Source: the human T2T-CHM13v2.0 reference genome, Homo sapiens
Direction: 5' to 3' (one strand)
Assembly: GCF_009914755.1 (NCBI RefSeq)
Contig: NC_060938.1
DNA length: 64,000 nt
Position 1 is the stretch's first letter; every line of letters starts with the position of its first letter. This document shows positions 1-16,474 of this stretch, piece after piece. Made by a program: the position numbers and the translations under genes. Under the pieces are notes generated by a model, which saw only the letters and a list, made by a program, of their open reading frames with translations, had not been told where the DNA came from and made no database searches.

Positions 1-1701
1 GAGCTGATACATCTATCATATTGACTGGGCCAATCTGAATGCCATTCTCCTTCAAGAGATCCCAACTTCAAAACAGCCCTTCCTCCTCAGACTCCCGGCA
101 GATGCCCCTGCTCGGACCCCCAACTGCTCCTCTGAACCAAATTCTGCCCAATTAAACCAAAATGCTCTCGCGTGTACTATGTTGACACCACCACTGAGGG
201 AGCTATGAGCTTTGAGCATAGTTGAGTTTGGGCTCAAATGACTTGATCTCTGGTTAATGCTCAAATATCCATTTTGGGAGTTCATATGCACACATCAGAG
301 TGAGAGAGAAATCAACATGGACACATAAACCACATAAACATATTCACTAGAGGGAAACAGCACAGTGTCGTATTTTCCACAGCGATTAAGAGTCACCTCT
401 GCCTTTGCAGGGGGTTGGGTCCGCCACATTTCCACCAGGAGATAAACCTGAGTGACCTAGAGTGCTGAAGACCGATGCCTGTTTATCTTTTCAAATGCTA
501 TCCCCCCACTCCTTAAACCAGGAAGAAAGTCTTCATTGCTGGTGTATCTCTAACACGTGATAATCTTCTTTTTCATAAGAAGGATAAGCCACTGTCTTCA
601 GACCTGCAGTGAATGGTAGTAAGGGGCCAGGAGGGAGAAATAGAGAAGGAGGCAAGAATGACACCCAGGAGAAGGGGCAAGAGAACCCCAGGCAAGGAGG
701 CTCTGGGATCTGGATTTCACCCAGCAATAAAATTTCAAAAAATAGTTTTAGGGACAGGCGTATGTACATGGCCAACTTTTTGTTTTGCCAAGTAAGGATA
801 TTGAACTCACTGTCTTGAGCTTATTTTTCTCATTTTGCCTTAGACTGGGGGAACACTCACGTTTGAATACCTACTTGTGCATATCTGTGTACTGTCTGTG
901 TCCCCCACCCCCTTAGACTAAGCCCAAGCACGGCACCTCGGAATTGCCTCTGCCTCCCACACAGAAGCTCCCTAGGGTCCAGAAACCACTGAAATAGACC
1001 AGACTGGATCCCCGATCTGAGGAGTATTCCATATTTCTCCTTTCACTTGAGAATGTTTTACACTTCCTTATCTTCCTATCTTCCTTCAGAGAATTTCTGT
1101 GAAACATCTTTTCTAGGGTGTTATAAAGCCATCTTAAAAAAAAGAAATCAACACTTTCTCCCCAGGAGTCACTTCAACCCTTGATAAGAAAGTAGTTTAT
1201 GTGCTTCTGAAGGAAATGAATTCTAACTAAAAGGGCATTCCCACTTTCGGCCTTGGGGCCTCACCCACAACAGCCAAGAACACAGCTGCAAAGAGTGCCA
1301 AGGCCTTCTTCCTCGGGCAGAGCAGCCAAGGGGCAAAGACTTTCCAAGCCTGCATCTTGAGAATACACCACGGCCAGCCAGGATGACTGGGCTGAAGGGA
1401 ACCAACTTGAAGGCTCTGGGCCAGACCCAGAGCTTTCAGCAACAAATAAGGATTTAGACCAGCTTAATTTCTGAATTCTTGGAAGACAAAGACCATGTAT
1501 ATTAAAGTGGCCGGCACGATGCCTATTTGCCATGTGTAAATAGGCATTGAGTCAATTTTTTATGGCAATCGTGATAATGTTGATGAGAACAACAGGAGAA
1601 AAAAAAAATAACCAAAGTCCTTTATCCCTTGAGAGGAGACTGGATCTGGCCTGATGACCCCTCACAGGTTATACCAAGAGCTTCCACAAGGCCTTCAACG
1701 C

Positions 1702-2112
1702 TGATATAGTTTGGATATTTGTCCCCACCCAAATCTCATGTTGAAATGTAATCGCCAATGTTGGAGGTGTGGCCTGGTGGAGGTGTCTGGGTCATGGGGG
1801 AGGAACCCTCATAAGTGGCTTGGGTCATCCCCTTGGTGATAAGTGTGTTCTCACTCTGAGTTCACATAAGGTCTAGTTGTTTGAAAGTGTGTGGCGCCTC
1901 CCCTCACCTCTTTCTCCCATTCTCGCCATGTGACGTGCCTGCCCCCACCTTGCTTTCTGCCATGATTGGAAGCTTCCTGAGGCCTCCTCAGAAGCAGATG
2001 CCACTATGCTTCCTGTACAGCCTGCAGAACCATGAACCAATTCAATCTCTTTTCTTATAAATTACCCAGTCTCAGGTGTTTCTTTATAGCAGTGCAAGAA
2101 TGAACTAATACA
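1702..2112 (+). mobile_element. MST-family (MSTA/MSTB-like) ERVL-MaLR solo LTR
   Basis: TGATATAGTTTGG...CTAATACA termini; typical MST core (cttcctgtacagcctgcagaacc...aaattacccagtctcagg). Confidence 0.9.
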
Positions 2113-2319
2113 AACAAGGGCTGTTTGTTGAATAAACAATGAATGAATTCTCAAATTCATCTTATCTTTCAGTACACAAAAACAACTGGTTTGGAAATCT
2201 TTTAGATTAATTCTCACTTAAATAAAATACATATTTTAATCTTACTTCCAATTATCAGTCAGGATCATACATTCTTGGGTAATAAGAACCATAATAGTAA
2301 TTTTAAGAGCTGCCACAGA

Positions 2320-2765
<446 letters not shown>

Positions 2766-3906
2766 ATTATATTCTCAGAATGCACACCTCAGAAATCCCA
2801 TCCCAATCATGCAGCTGAAAGAGGAAGGACTGGGAGCTGAAACTGTGGCTGACAGCCTCACCCTGGCATCCACTGCCTCAGCCTGAAGATCTTGGGCCAC
2901 TTCATTAAAACCCACCCTGCCACAAGCTACAGCTTTTAAGGTACACACACTTCAACTGGAGCTGCTGAAAACCCAGGCCAGTCCTCTTTCCTGGAAGCCT
3001 GTGTTGTTTTCATTCAGTTTTAAAGCCTGTTCAGCCTTTATACCCTCTCTCTCGGGAGCCCTAACTTCAGCCCCCAGGCCTTGGCACCACTGCAACAAAG
3101 GACCCTGTTGCAAAGTCATTCTTCTGGATTAGACAAACCCATTTCTCTCAGGATAGTTAGTGCAATTCCAAAATGGCTTATGATGAGCCAAAACTCTCAA
3201 CTTGTTTTAAATAAAGCAAGCTCTCCAGAATCCCAGAGCTGTAGTCGGTGGTGGCGGTGTGATGAACGCTGGTGTGAAGCTGTGCTCCCTTTCTGCAGAT
3301 GTCTTTCTCTGTGATCTCTGTGGTCCTTAGTTTCTCTGTATTTAGAATACAAACTCTTACCTACCTCACAGAAATGATTGTAACAACCAAGTGGGATAGC
3401 ACAAATACTTTTTGAAAAACATTAAATGCCTTCTACCACTGAGATGTTAACATCAGACTTTTCCAATAGGACAGGTTATGGAAAATTCAACTAGGCATTT
3501 AGAAGGCCAAAGCATGGATCCAAAAGCTCTCTCTGATACATATATGGTGATTTCCATTTAATTAACTGTTTCCGGGGAGCACCTAGAGCCATTACCAAAG
3601 GTGCTAACTGGGCAGCCAATGGGAAAACTCTTAATAGGTCTATGAGTCAGTCCTTCAGAAAGTTTCCGTCTTGTGTTTTAATATTTGGGCTCCATTTATG
3701 ACTCAAGCATACCTTTCCTTGGTATTAAGTAACAAGGAACTGAGATTAATTGCCCAATTTTTAACTACATTTGGCCTGTTTGTATCCCATGTTGTAAGCA
3801 CCCTACTGGGGCTGTAAGAACAAGGTATTTGTCACTGACTATTGTGAAAAAGCTTGGGCGTCTGAACACTTTATGATCAGTAAAATACAGGATTCTAGCC
3901 TCCTAA

Positions 3907-4237
<331 letters not shown>

Positions 4238-5067
4238 TCAAAGCATCAGACTCCATTTTGAACATGGATTTCTTTTTTCCTTTCCGGAGTCTCTCATTTT
4301 CTCCATTGTATTCATTCAGAGGGAAAAAAAAAAGACCTCATAAATGTCATTTCATATTCCAACCAATTTGCTATAGGCAACTACACCATTACTTTGTACA
4401 AATAAATTTACATAAATCATTATTAGAATGTTTTATCTTGGCAACATTATTTGGTTCCCAGAACACAAATTAAATGCATGCTTAAAGCAGAATATTTTAA
4501 AGTTATTCCTATATTGTTTATGAGACAGGATTAGAAATTTCCATCTAATTTTTCTTTCATAATGGAATTCCTTTAGTTTTCTTTGTACGTTTAGAAACCA
4601 TATGTATAATTTTATGGGGGGTTTCTTGAAGCAAGCCATGCAGTAGATGACTGTGCCATGTTTCGTTCATTTTTCAGCTGCTGTTCCCTTTGATTTTGTG
4701 GGTTTGGTTTTGAACACTGATTAGGAAGGCCAGGAACCAGGGGAATTGCAATACAGACTCCTAAGTAGATGGCTTTTTATTTGATAATATTCTGCACATA
4801 AACTGGTCTTTGATTGTGGTTAAGCTTTTTTTTTTTTTTTAATAAACAAATGTGTAAATAAACTCCCTGCACTCAGTTTCTCCTGGCTGTTTGGGTTGGG
4901 AAGGGGCCTGTTTGGATTCTCTGCACAGCACATGGCAAGTCTTCACTGGCTGGAGTTTTACTCCACCCTAGATTTCAAAATAAAATCTTTTCCATGTAAA
5001 ATGCAGCGCCCAGTTTTAAAACAAGCTGCACTTGTCAACATCAGGGTAGGGAGTGGTGGCAGGGGAC

Positions 5068-5205
5068 CGGACGGGAAGTCAGGAGACACGCACGTCAGTG
5101 AGGCCTGCTGTTGCTGGCTCTGGAAAACGACGTAGTGACTTCCCGGCTCGTCTTCTCATTGGTGTCATAAAGGGCTGGACTCCTGGCTCACGGCTGGAAC
5201 TTTCT
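5068..5205. promoter_or_regulatory. Candidate enhancer/promoter motif cluster
   Basis: 9 CpGs in ~125 bp; ETS GGAAGT x2 in inverted orientation, CRE half-site ACGTCA, ATTGG, kB-like GGAACTTTCT. Confidence 0.4.
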
Positions 5206-5304
5206 ACCAGTATGTGGTCTGAGAACAGATTCCAGGGCCACTGTCAGGGAAGTGGGGCCCCATGAGGTCAAGGGTGCAATACTCAAAAACGAGGAGTGAG
5301 GCAG

Positions 5305-5548
5305 CCCCATGGAGGGCTTAAGAACACAGATTCCAATAGTCAGGTTCAAATCGACACACCAAATCAACCACTTGCTACCTGTGTGACTGAATAATTCAAA
5401 CCTTTCTGCATCTCTGTTGCCTCATCTGAAAATGAAGAGATTATGCATACACACCTAGCAGTCTTATTTTGGGGATTAAATGAAGCAACGCAACAAAAAG
5501 CTGAGAAGAGTGTCTGACTCTTAGAAGAGTCTCAATAAACAGTAGCTA
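5305..5548 (+). mobile_element. MIR
   Basis: ggttcaaatc...cacttgctacctgtgtgac...ctcatctgaaaatg...gattaaatga...ctcaataaa. Confidence 0.75.
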
Positions 5549-5583
5549 ACATTAATCTTAAAGGATGACCAGTGGAGTCAAGC

Positions 5584-5717
5584 TAGGGCGATCATATCAT
5601 TTACGGTCTAAACCAGGATATTTCTGGGTGTGAAAGGGAAGACTGTATGGTAATTATATGGGGTAAACTGGCGTATGCTAGGACAGTCCTAGGCATACTG
5701 GGACTTGTGTGACCCTG
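5584..5717. mobile_element. MER94-like hAT-Blackjack MITE
   Basis: tagggcgatcata...gtgaccctg termini, ~134 bp, resembles the MER94 consensus. Confidence 0.6.
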
Positions 5718-6075
5718 CACCTAGCCCATACCATTCAAGACTCAATAAAGAAATTTATTTTTTGCTTACAATTATATATTACATATTTTACAATTTGTTA
5801 CTCCTTTTAAAGTTCTTTCATACACTTTATTTGAACTTTTCTTAAAATGTGTTAAAATGTAGGACTGAATTAATTACCACTTAATAATAAGCAAACAAAG
5901 GCACAAAAAAAGTATATACTTTCCCCTAGTGACTCAGTGTTGCTGAGCAGTGGGGGACAGTATCCCATGAGCTCCTCCATACTTCCCGGCCTCCTGCCAG
6001 AGAGACAGGGTCATGTGACTAGTCCTGACCAATGGCCTGTCACCTCTAGTCTTAAGCACTGAAGAGTGTGTGTGC

Positions 6076-6658
<583 letters not shown>

Positions 6659-6662
6659 AATG

Positions 6663-6972
<310 letters not shown>

Positions 6973-7134
6973 TCAACTCTCCTTCACATGTTGCAGCAGC
7001 CAGGAAGCCATGTTTTGAGATGTAGATATCACAAGATGAAAGAGGCCTGGGACCTCAAAATACTGGATGCAAGAGAGCTACACTGGCCCAATCCCAACTC
7101 TGGGCAAATGAGACATAAGCTTTTGTTGTACTAA

Positions 7135-7547
<413 letters not shown>

Positions 7548-8020
7548 TAAAATGCTACCAGATTGGGAAAAAGCATTGCCAAGATTAAATGCCATAGCTT
7601 ACTCATGGTAAGCCTTCAAAGCTTACTTGATTTAAAACAAAATATTTATTTGGTTTAAAATAAAATCGTTCACACCCAGAGCCAAGTAAAAAGAAAAAAG
7701 TTCCAAAATGCAAGGTTTGTTTTAATTTGGTGCTGATTTATTCCAACATTTAGGTTAATCCAAGAAGTCTGGATGCTTCATCTTACAGACAACCCTAAGA
7801 CGAAATGGCCTCATGTTGCATCTAGGTTTTATTTTAAGTTAAAGAGATGAATGGAAATATCCAACTAGAGTGTGACCAATTCGCTTTCTCACTCCAGAAA
7901 ATCCCCCCTTCTGCTCCTTCCTATTCTAATCCTACTCATCCTTTCAACCTATTTTCTTAATGGGGAGAAAGCTCCACACATCAAATTTCGCAAACACTTA
8001 CGTCACACAACTGCCTAGGC

Positions 8021-8344
8021 CAGGAGTTGGTAAGCTTTTCCCATAAAAGACCATAGGGTAAATATTTCATGGTTTCCATTGCACTTATTTAACTCTGCCA
8101 TTGTAAGGGCACAACTGCCATAGATAATCCAGAAATGAACAAACATGGCTCTGTTTCAATAACATTTTATTTAGGGACACTGAAATTTGCATTCCATATA
8201 CATTTCATAAGGCACAAAATTTTATTCTTTTAATTTTTCCCAACCACTGAAAAATGTGAAAACCATTCTTAGTACATTGGCGATGCACAGACAGGCGGCA
8301 GGCAGTATTTGGCCCCTGGGCCGACTGTGGTTTACCAACCCCTG
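8021..8344 (+). mobile_element. MER58B hAT-Charlie DNA transposon
   Basis: TIRs caggagttggtaa / ttaccaacccctg; 8-bp TSD gcctaggc/gcctgggc; MER58B internal sequence. Confidence 0.88.
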
Positions 8345-8592
8345 GCCTGGGCTTAGGAGGGGTGGCAACAATCTATTAGGCAATTTCTGCAGTGGGAGGA
8401 GAACACAAATACTGCTATTCTAGTTCTTCCGCTTCCTGGTGGCTGGTGATCCCAGGCTATGATTCCAGAAGGCCCAAGCTTCTGCACACCTGTGTGCAGG
8501 AAGGCAGATGGTGTGTGGCCAGGGAGGACCCAACAGGCAGTGAGCGGGGTCTCCACTGACAACTCTCAGTAGCACCTTTAAGACCCAGGACA

Positions 8593-8900
<308 letters not shown>

Positions 8901-10305
8901 AGACCCAGGGCAGTGAAAGCCACCACTGCTTCCACCAGCTTAACAAAGGGCAGACCTGGGGGAGAGTGAGGGGTGGACAGGATCCACTGCACCATACCCA
9001 AATTAATCAGGGCACTTGGCTCCCATCCCTGACTACAGCCCCAGCCCTCCCCCTTGAGACCCTCCCTGAATTCTGGCTTTCAGAACTCTCTGGATGAGCT
9101 CCCAGCCTTACTTTATAAATGCGTGTTCTTAACTTATGCTTCCTCCCCTGCAGCTCCACTTCTCAGAATCGCCCCTTGTGAATCACCAGGAACTGACCTC
9201 ACAGAGCTCATCCCAGGGCCCTGACAAGCCCCAAAGGCCAGACAGAGCTCAGAGGGGAGGATGGCAGGTGTGTGAGAGTAGAGTAAATAATCAGGTAGAC
9301 AGGCAGAGGCAGGGTGTGGACAGGCCCAGAGAAGCAGAAAAGATCAGCAAAGCAGTGGCCAAGCCAGGGTGGGGGCAACAGAAACCACTGTCCCAGCAGG
9401 ACAGTGCCAGCCAAAGCCCCTCTGCAACGGGAAGGTGGAGTTTCCCCAATGGGCTCCACTCCAGGATCCTTAAGGGACCCCTGACGGGGAGTCTGGTTCT
9501 GGGTGGGGCAGAAGATCTGGGTCCTCTAGACCTTCTGATCGAGGCAGTCAGGCCCTCACTGCCTGGGCTCATGGTGGGTTCATTCCTGTCTTCCCCTCAA
9601 GGCTCAATGCCACGCCTCTTCCTTCTGCCTGGCCAAATGATCCACAGTGACAAAGCCCAACTGAGGCCCTCCCTGGTCCATGAATTCTTCCCTAATTATT
9701 TCAATCCCAATCCTCAAAGCTTCTCCATTCCCTGAACCAAGGAACTACCGCTAGCTCATAGCCCTGGCCCTATGCTCAGCACCATCTGCCATTTTCTTAT
9801 GAGTGAGTCAACTTTGCCTAAACTGTGGGCTCCCTGAGGATAGGAGCCAGCCTTCTACTTTTTCATCCCCACCTGTCCCAAGAACACACAACATATACTC
9901 AATACTTATTGAACTCAACTAAAAGTACAACATTAGAAAGATTAATACGATTAAAGTAAAACATGAGATTGTGGCAACAAAAATAATTTAGAAGCTAATT
10001 TCTATGTGAAAATTCCCAGCAATGTTCTGGTGGCTTTGTATTTCTACGACTCACACCAGAATTTTAAATAAAGATGTGATTCAATGTTTTTAATCATCTT
10101 AATGCCTAAATTGGATTGACCACATTGTCAAGTCTGATCAGCTGCATAAATTGATCATTAAGAAGATTGGGGGGAGGCGGGGGAGGATACCAGTTGATGG
10201 AGAAATAATCAATTTGGCATTTGCATTTAAATATAGCTTTGGCATTTCATGTATTCAATGCAATCTACGTAAAGCATGGCGAGCTGGGGAAGGCAGTGTG
10301 ATTAC

Positions 10306-10408
10306 CTGAGTCGGAATGGGTCCAGGAAACCGAGGTCAGCATTGCTCCCGTCACAGAAAAGACAGAGGGGCCTCCATAATCACGAGAATGCTGGTCTTCT
10401 AGAGGCTG
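10306..10408 (-). other. Candidate spliced exon (103 nt)
   Basis: Minus strand: long pyrimidine tract, ctgac branch-like motif, ccag|cag NAGNAG acceptor; donor CAG|GTAATC. Confidence 0.35.
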
Positions 10409-11115
10409 CTGGAGAGGAGCAGTAGGAAGTCAGAATTAAGCAGAAGCAGCAGAGAGAGCCCTTGCAACCACAATGGATGTCATCTCTGGCCTGACTCTAG
10501 AAAATGACGCACTTCAGTGAAAAAGCCAATTGTAACAGTACCTCTTTATTTCTTGGATCGTTATTAAAAGACTGGATCTTTCACGATGGAGTGTTTTTGA
10601 AACTGTCTCATGGGGCATAAGAAGATCCAGAAATTTGAAAATACATGCCATCTCAATGTGAGATTATTTTATTTTGCTACAACTGCCATTGAGACATTTG
10701 TGAGATCATTTTATGTACTACAGCTGCTACTCAAACACTTGTCTACATAAAGGAAAAACATCAGAGCACCCACAAGCGCTCAAGGCCAGCATTCCACCCC
10801 ACGGACCAGCCTTGATCCACTGGGTAGACCAAGTGTACACGCTGCAAAGTCAACGACTCTATTTTATTGTTGTAAAATGAAATGTCTCTGGCTCTACTCC
10901 TCACTAAATGGGCTGCAAGTTATCAGGCCATGGTTAACCAATAATCTTGCAAAATAGGAAAGTTGGTACATGAGACAGATTGCATAATCATCTCTGAAGA
11001 AGATATCTTTTTAACCGGGGCCTCAAGGATAACAAATCAACGAACTCTCTAATGAAAAGAATGGCATTAGCCTACGCGCTGTAGTCTGAGAATGTTAGGA
11101 GTATATTAATTAGAT

Positions 11116-11292
11116 CGGCGGTTCCCAAACTGTGGGTCTTGGAATAGCAGCATCAATATTGACTGACAGTTTGTTGGAAATGCAAATTCTTGGCCCCTAC
11201 CTGATATCTACTGAGTCAGAATACATTATCCAGAAGTAGGGCCCAGAAATCTGTGTTTTAACAAGTCCTCCAAGTAATTCTGATATACCTTA
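11116..11292. mobile_element. MER5A
   Basis: ggttcccaaact...agcagcatc...gaaatgcaaattct...aatctgtgttttaacaag...ccaagtaattctgat. Confidence 0.8.
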
Positions 11293-11778
11293 GATCATTA
11301 ATTTATCCACCCATACAAAGACATTCTGTTGTAAAATAAAATCACCCTACTCTACTTTGTGTTTAAGCTCCTATAAGGACAAAGCATAGAGTTAGGGATC
11401 GCATCATGGAGGGATGAAGAGTCAGAGATGATAAAGAACCGGCCCTCGAGAAATATATTGTCCACTATGGACAATAAGACACATACACAAGCAACTCAAA
11501 TACTGGCAGACCGTGTTATTTCTTATAACGGCTGGAGAGTGTCAAGACAAAGGAGACATTTGTTTCTGTTTGGGGTGAGGAGTGGGGGGTGCCACGAAAG
11601 GAAGGCATCATGAAGACAATAATAATGGCCTTGAGATTAGGACAGAATTTTAACAACAACAAAAACCAGACAGCAACCAAAGCGAAGGCCCGGAGGTTGG
11701 AAAGCATGAGGGCTATTCGGGGGCACGGGGTAACCAGGTCTGGCTGATACAAGAGAAATTTGAAGGTGATCTGAGTGA

Positions 11779-12087
<309 letters not shown>

Positions 12088-12093
12088 TAATTA

Positions 12094-12378
<285 letters not shown>

Positions 12379-13176
12379 CTACATCCAGTTTACTTTTCTG
12401 TACTTTCGGCAGTGCATTTTCTAGAGGGAAGAACCACAACTGCTTCAATGATTAATAGCAGAAGATTTGTCCAGGAGGAAGAACACACACACAAAATTTT
12501 AAAGTAGGTACAAGAATCTGGAAGTCACAGTCACCTCGGGCCATTCTGCAAAGGGGCAAAATGTTACCACGCCTCGACAGCCCCTGAGGACATCTCTGGT
12601 TTTAGCTTTAAAAAAACACTGTCACTCAAGTTGAGAGGGGTATGACTTAGTCACCAAAACAGTTAAATTAATACATCTCCAATTAGAGGAAAAAATGCTT
12701 CTCATGATCAAGTTGGTATGGCATTGCTTCTAGAAAATGGACATAAATAGAAGGTTTTATTTCCCGATGTTGGTAGGTGAACAAGGGGGTACTGAAAATG
12801 TTTTTCATGTCACACCAAGGCTAGGATTGAAATGAAGCCGGATTCAGAATTGGCAGTCTCTGCTTACCCATGCCAGCTTTGCCACTCAAATTTCTGAGTC
12901 ATTATGGACAAGGCACTAAACCCCCTGAACCTCAGTTTTTCATCTATCAAGAAAAAGAGGCACTGACCTACCCCACCTTCTTGGAAATTTAAATAAGAAA
13001 ATAGAAATGAAGTTGCTGTGAAAATTATAAAGTGCCATACTATATAGAGGTATAGAATTATCCTCCTCATCGAGGCGTTTGGCTACTAATTAACACTTGT
13101 TATCCTACTGGCCTTTGAAAATATAAAAGCAACATGTTTCTGATGCCCTTGAGATTCTCCTTTTAAATATTTGCAG

Positions 13177-13240
13177 ATACAGCAGTTCTGAGGAACAAAC
13201 TTGGCATCAACCAAACCATTCTCCCAAAAAGCATTTCAAG
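13177..13240 (+). other. Candidate exon (64 nt)
   Basis: ttctccttttaaatatttgcag| acceptor; AAG|GTAAAT donor. Confidence 0.25.
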
Positions 13241-13584
13241 GTAAATCTTTTACTTGTAATTAAAAAATTTTTTTATATTCCTCTAACCACAATAGAGCAT
13301 CTAGTTATGTTTTAGCAGCTCCTGGTGAGCACAACTCAGTCTTCAGCAACACCGACATATACGATGGCAATAATTTATCATCTCTGCAGTAGTTTAGTCC
13401 CAGATGGACCATTTACTAATTTATTTCCATATGTAACTGGCAGAGAGATTAATCAGGCTTCCAACTCCAAAACCTGAATTGCGCTTTATTCCCTTAACAG
13501 GCTAACTCTGGGCAGAAGAGGCACACATTTACACAGAAACCAAGAGTTCCTCTTAAAAAGCCTGTCAGCCTCAGATGCAAGCCT

Positions 13585-13623
13585 TACACACACGCGCGCG
13601 CATGCACACACATGCACGCACAT
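13585..13623. repeat. Alternating purine-pyrimidine tract (CA/CG), Z-DNA prone
   Basis: tacacacacgcgcgcgcatgcacacacatgcacgcacat. Confidence 0.8.
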
Positions 13624-14714
13624 CTTTCTTGAGACAGCTTGCTCCTATGTCAGCTTGGAGGGCTGGTTCTTTTCTCAGATCCTCATGGACTCCACACAGG
13701 AGCTGTGTCTGATACAACTGCAGGCAGGAGTAAAACGTAATGCCAAATGCAGTAAAGTTGCAGCCACATTCCCCTCCCTGTCTGCAAGGTCGGAGGCTCA
13801 GATTTCTGAAAACGAAGAGATCTTTTTTGCCACAGTGCTGCGCCCAGCTGGCCCAGTGATACGGTGCCCAGGCGCTGGGAGGCATGTGCTTTCTTTTTTC
13901 CACTCTTTTTAAGGGTCTGAACTTGCCTGAATTCAGCAGCTGCCGTGTCCTCAGCGACGGCTAATGAATTGTTAGCTTTGCTCCTGGTTCCCCTGAGCTC
14001 AACTCCCAGTCCACTTTTGTTTTTAATTCTATCCCAATGATATCAGCGTTTAGCAAAGAGTGGTGAACGGATTGTTGTTGGATGACGGTGTTTACATATA
14101 GAAAGCATGTCAGACATGGGCAGAAAGCACCAGCTGATCCCTGATGCCTTAAGTGGAACCCAAGGCCATGCCAAGAAGGCCTGGTAGACAGGAGCATGTG
14201 GAGGTATTGTCGGCTAAGCTAGGTCCACACACCTGGGGCGCTAACCAACTCTCTCGCTTTGAAGAAGTCACTTGGCAGTTCAGGTTTAAAATTCTCTCCT
14301 CTATAAAATGAATTTAGCTCCCTGAGGTTCCTTCTGGCTCTAAAATCTAGTGAGTCTATGAATATGAAAAAGATCAGCCATTCACCTGGTTTGTTCCATG
14401 AGTTTAGCCGATGACAAACAGCAGGAAGTTTGGAAGCATCTGAAAGTGGCTGAATGGGTCCAGATGCTTTTGGTGCTGTGACAGACACAGCCTTCGGAAT
14501 CTCAGCAGCCAACAGATTCCTTTTGCTCAAAGAACAGAAGCATTTGACAACTGGTCCACAATGTATATCTTTACAAGGTTTTAAGAATTCAGTTAAATAC
14601 AACAGTTCCATTACAGTATTATTCTAGGTATGGCGAATCCTACAAAAGTACATACGTCATGGCCCTTGTCTTTAATACATTTACATATTAGTTAAGGAGA
14701 TACACTCCTAATCA

Positions 14715-15014
<300 letters not shown>

Positions 15015-16207
15015 CTGCTAACCTTAATACAATGCAATATGTGCTATGATCATTGACAAATAAATGGTTAAGTGAACGCGGAGGATGGAGAAATCATTTC
15101 AATGAAAGGGGGAGATCTGTAAGGTTTTACAGAGGAAGCAGAATTTAAGCTGGGCCTTGCAAAGCAAAGATGGGACTATAGGCATCTGGACAGAGGTAAC
15201 GGTGAGAGCAAATGCCTATGTGCTTTCAAGTATGGTCAGGGCACAGAATTCAGGACCCATGGACAGGGGCACAGGATGCCCAAGGAAAAGAAAACACAGT
15301 GAGACGAGAAGCTGGAAAGAAACTCAAAGTGGAAAGCCCTGGATGCCAACCTTTCATCCTGTGGTCTCTGGGAATCTTCAGAAGTTCTGGGCAATGGAGA
15401 CTCCAGATGAGCTCTGCCTCGGGAGGTTTATTCGGACCATTTTACCACCATTTATGACTGGGAATAAGATCCGTCTGTACCTTCATGCTTCTCTTAGTCA
15501 TTCCACCTTGCCACTATTTGGGAATCCCTCAAATTTATTTTATTTTTTCTAAATCAATTTCCTGGCCCTTTGAATGGAAGCGATTGAGTTTCCTCTAAGT
15601 ACTGCCAAGATTTCACATTCCAATGACGAGTTCAGCCTAGCGCTTTACATTTAGGTTCATGTGTTTTTCTATTCTTACAAAAGAGTTAAAATAGCATAGA
15701 CGGGTGTTTTGTTTTGGTTTGTTTCTACACTGGAAAATATTTCTGTATGATGAAAAACATACACAAACGTCCTGACTGTTGGAAAGGCCTGCTCCAGCAC
15801 TCCCCAAAAAACAAAAGTTGAACTAGTCATCCAAGTAGTTCACTGAAACTTTTTTGTTCTCCAGTGTCAGAGTCCCAGGTTATTGAGCCCAAGTTTTCCA
15901 AGGTCCTTCAAACACAATAACAGAACGTTATGTAAACTCTCTCCTACCAATGCTATTTGGTCCCCTCAGCCTGGGGGGGCCAAGCACACGTGGGATCATG
16001 CAGCTTTCACACAGAGAAGTCCCAGGATACATGGGGCACACACCAGGCAAGCCAGGGCATGGGGACAGAGGTCTGCCCTCCCACCCACCCCAAAGATGGG
16101 TCTTAAAACTCCACTGAAGTTGGGGGTACAAGTGGGCAGAGCAGCTCGTCCTCTGAGAATGGAGCTGCCTTCGGTATGAGCCACCATTAAAAAGTTTCCC
16201 AAGGTCC

Positions 16208-16474
16208 GCACCTATAATCTCAGCACTTTGGGAGGCTGAGGCGAGAGGATGGCTTGAGCCCAGGAGTTTAAGACCAGCCTGGAAAATATAGTGAGGTCTT
16301 TTAGTTGGGCATGGTGGTATGTGCCTGTTGTCCCGGCTACTTGGGAAACTGAGGCAGAAGGATCGCTAGAGCCCAAGAGGCAGAGGTTGCAGTAGGGCGA
16401 GATAGCACCGCTGCACTCTGGCCTGGGCGACAAAGTGAGACCCTGTCTCAACAAAATAAAATAAAACCAAAAAA
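16208..16474 (+). mobile_element. AluJ, partial
   Basis: J-type sequence with shortened linker and A-rich tail. Confidence 0.9.

Noticed and set aside
9136-9735. Longest ORF (199 aa)
   Set aside because: No recognisable domain or homologue, no convincing splice or promoter context; plausible by chance in GC-richer sequence.
14102-14122. Possible p53 response element (two CATG cores)
   Set aside because: Cores are 5 bp apart rather than the canonical 6, and the flanks mismatch.
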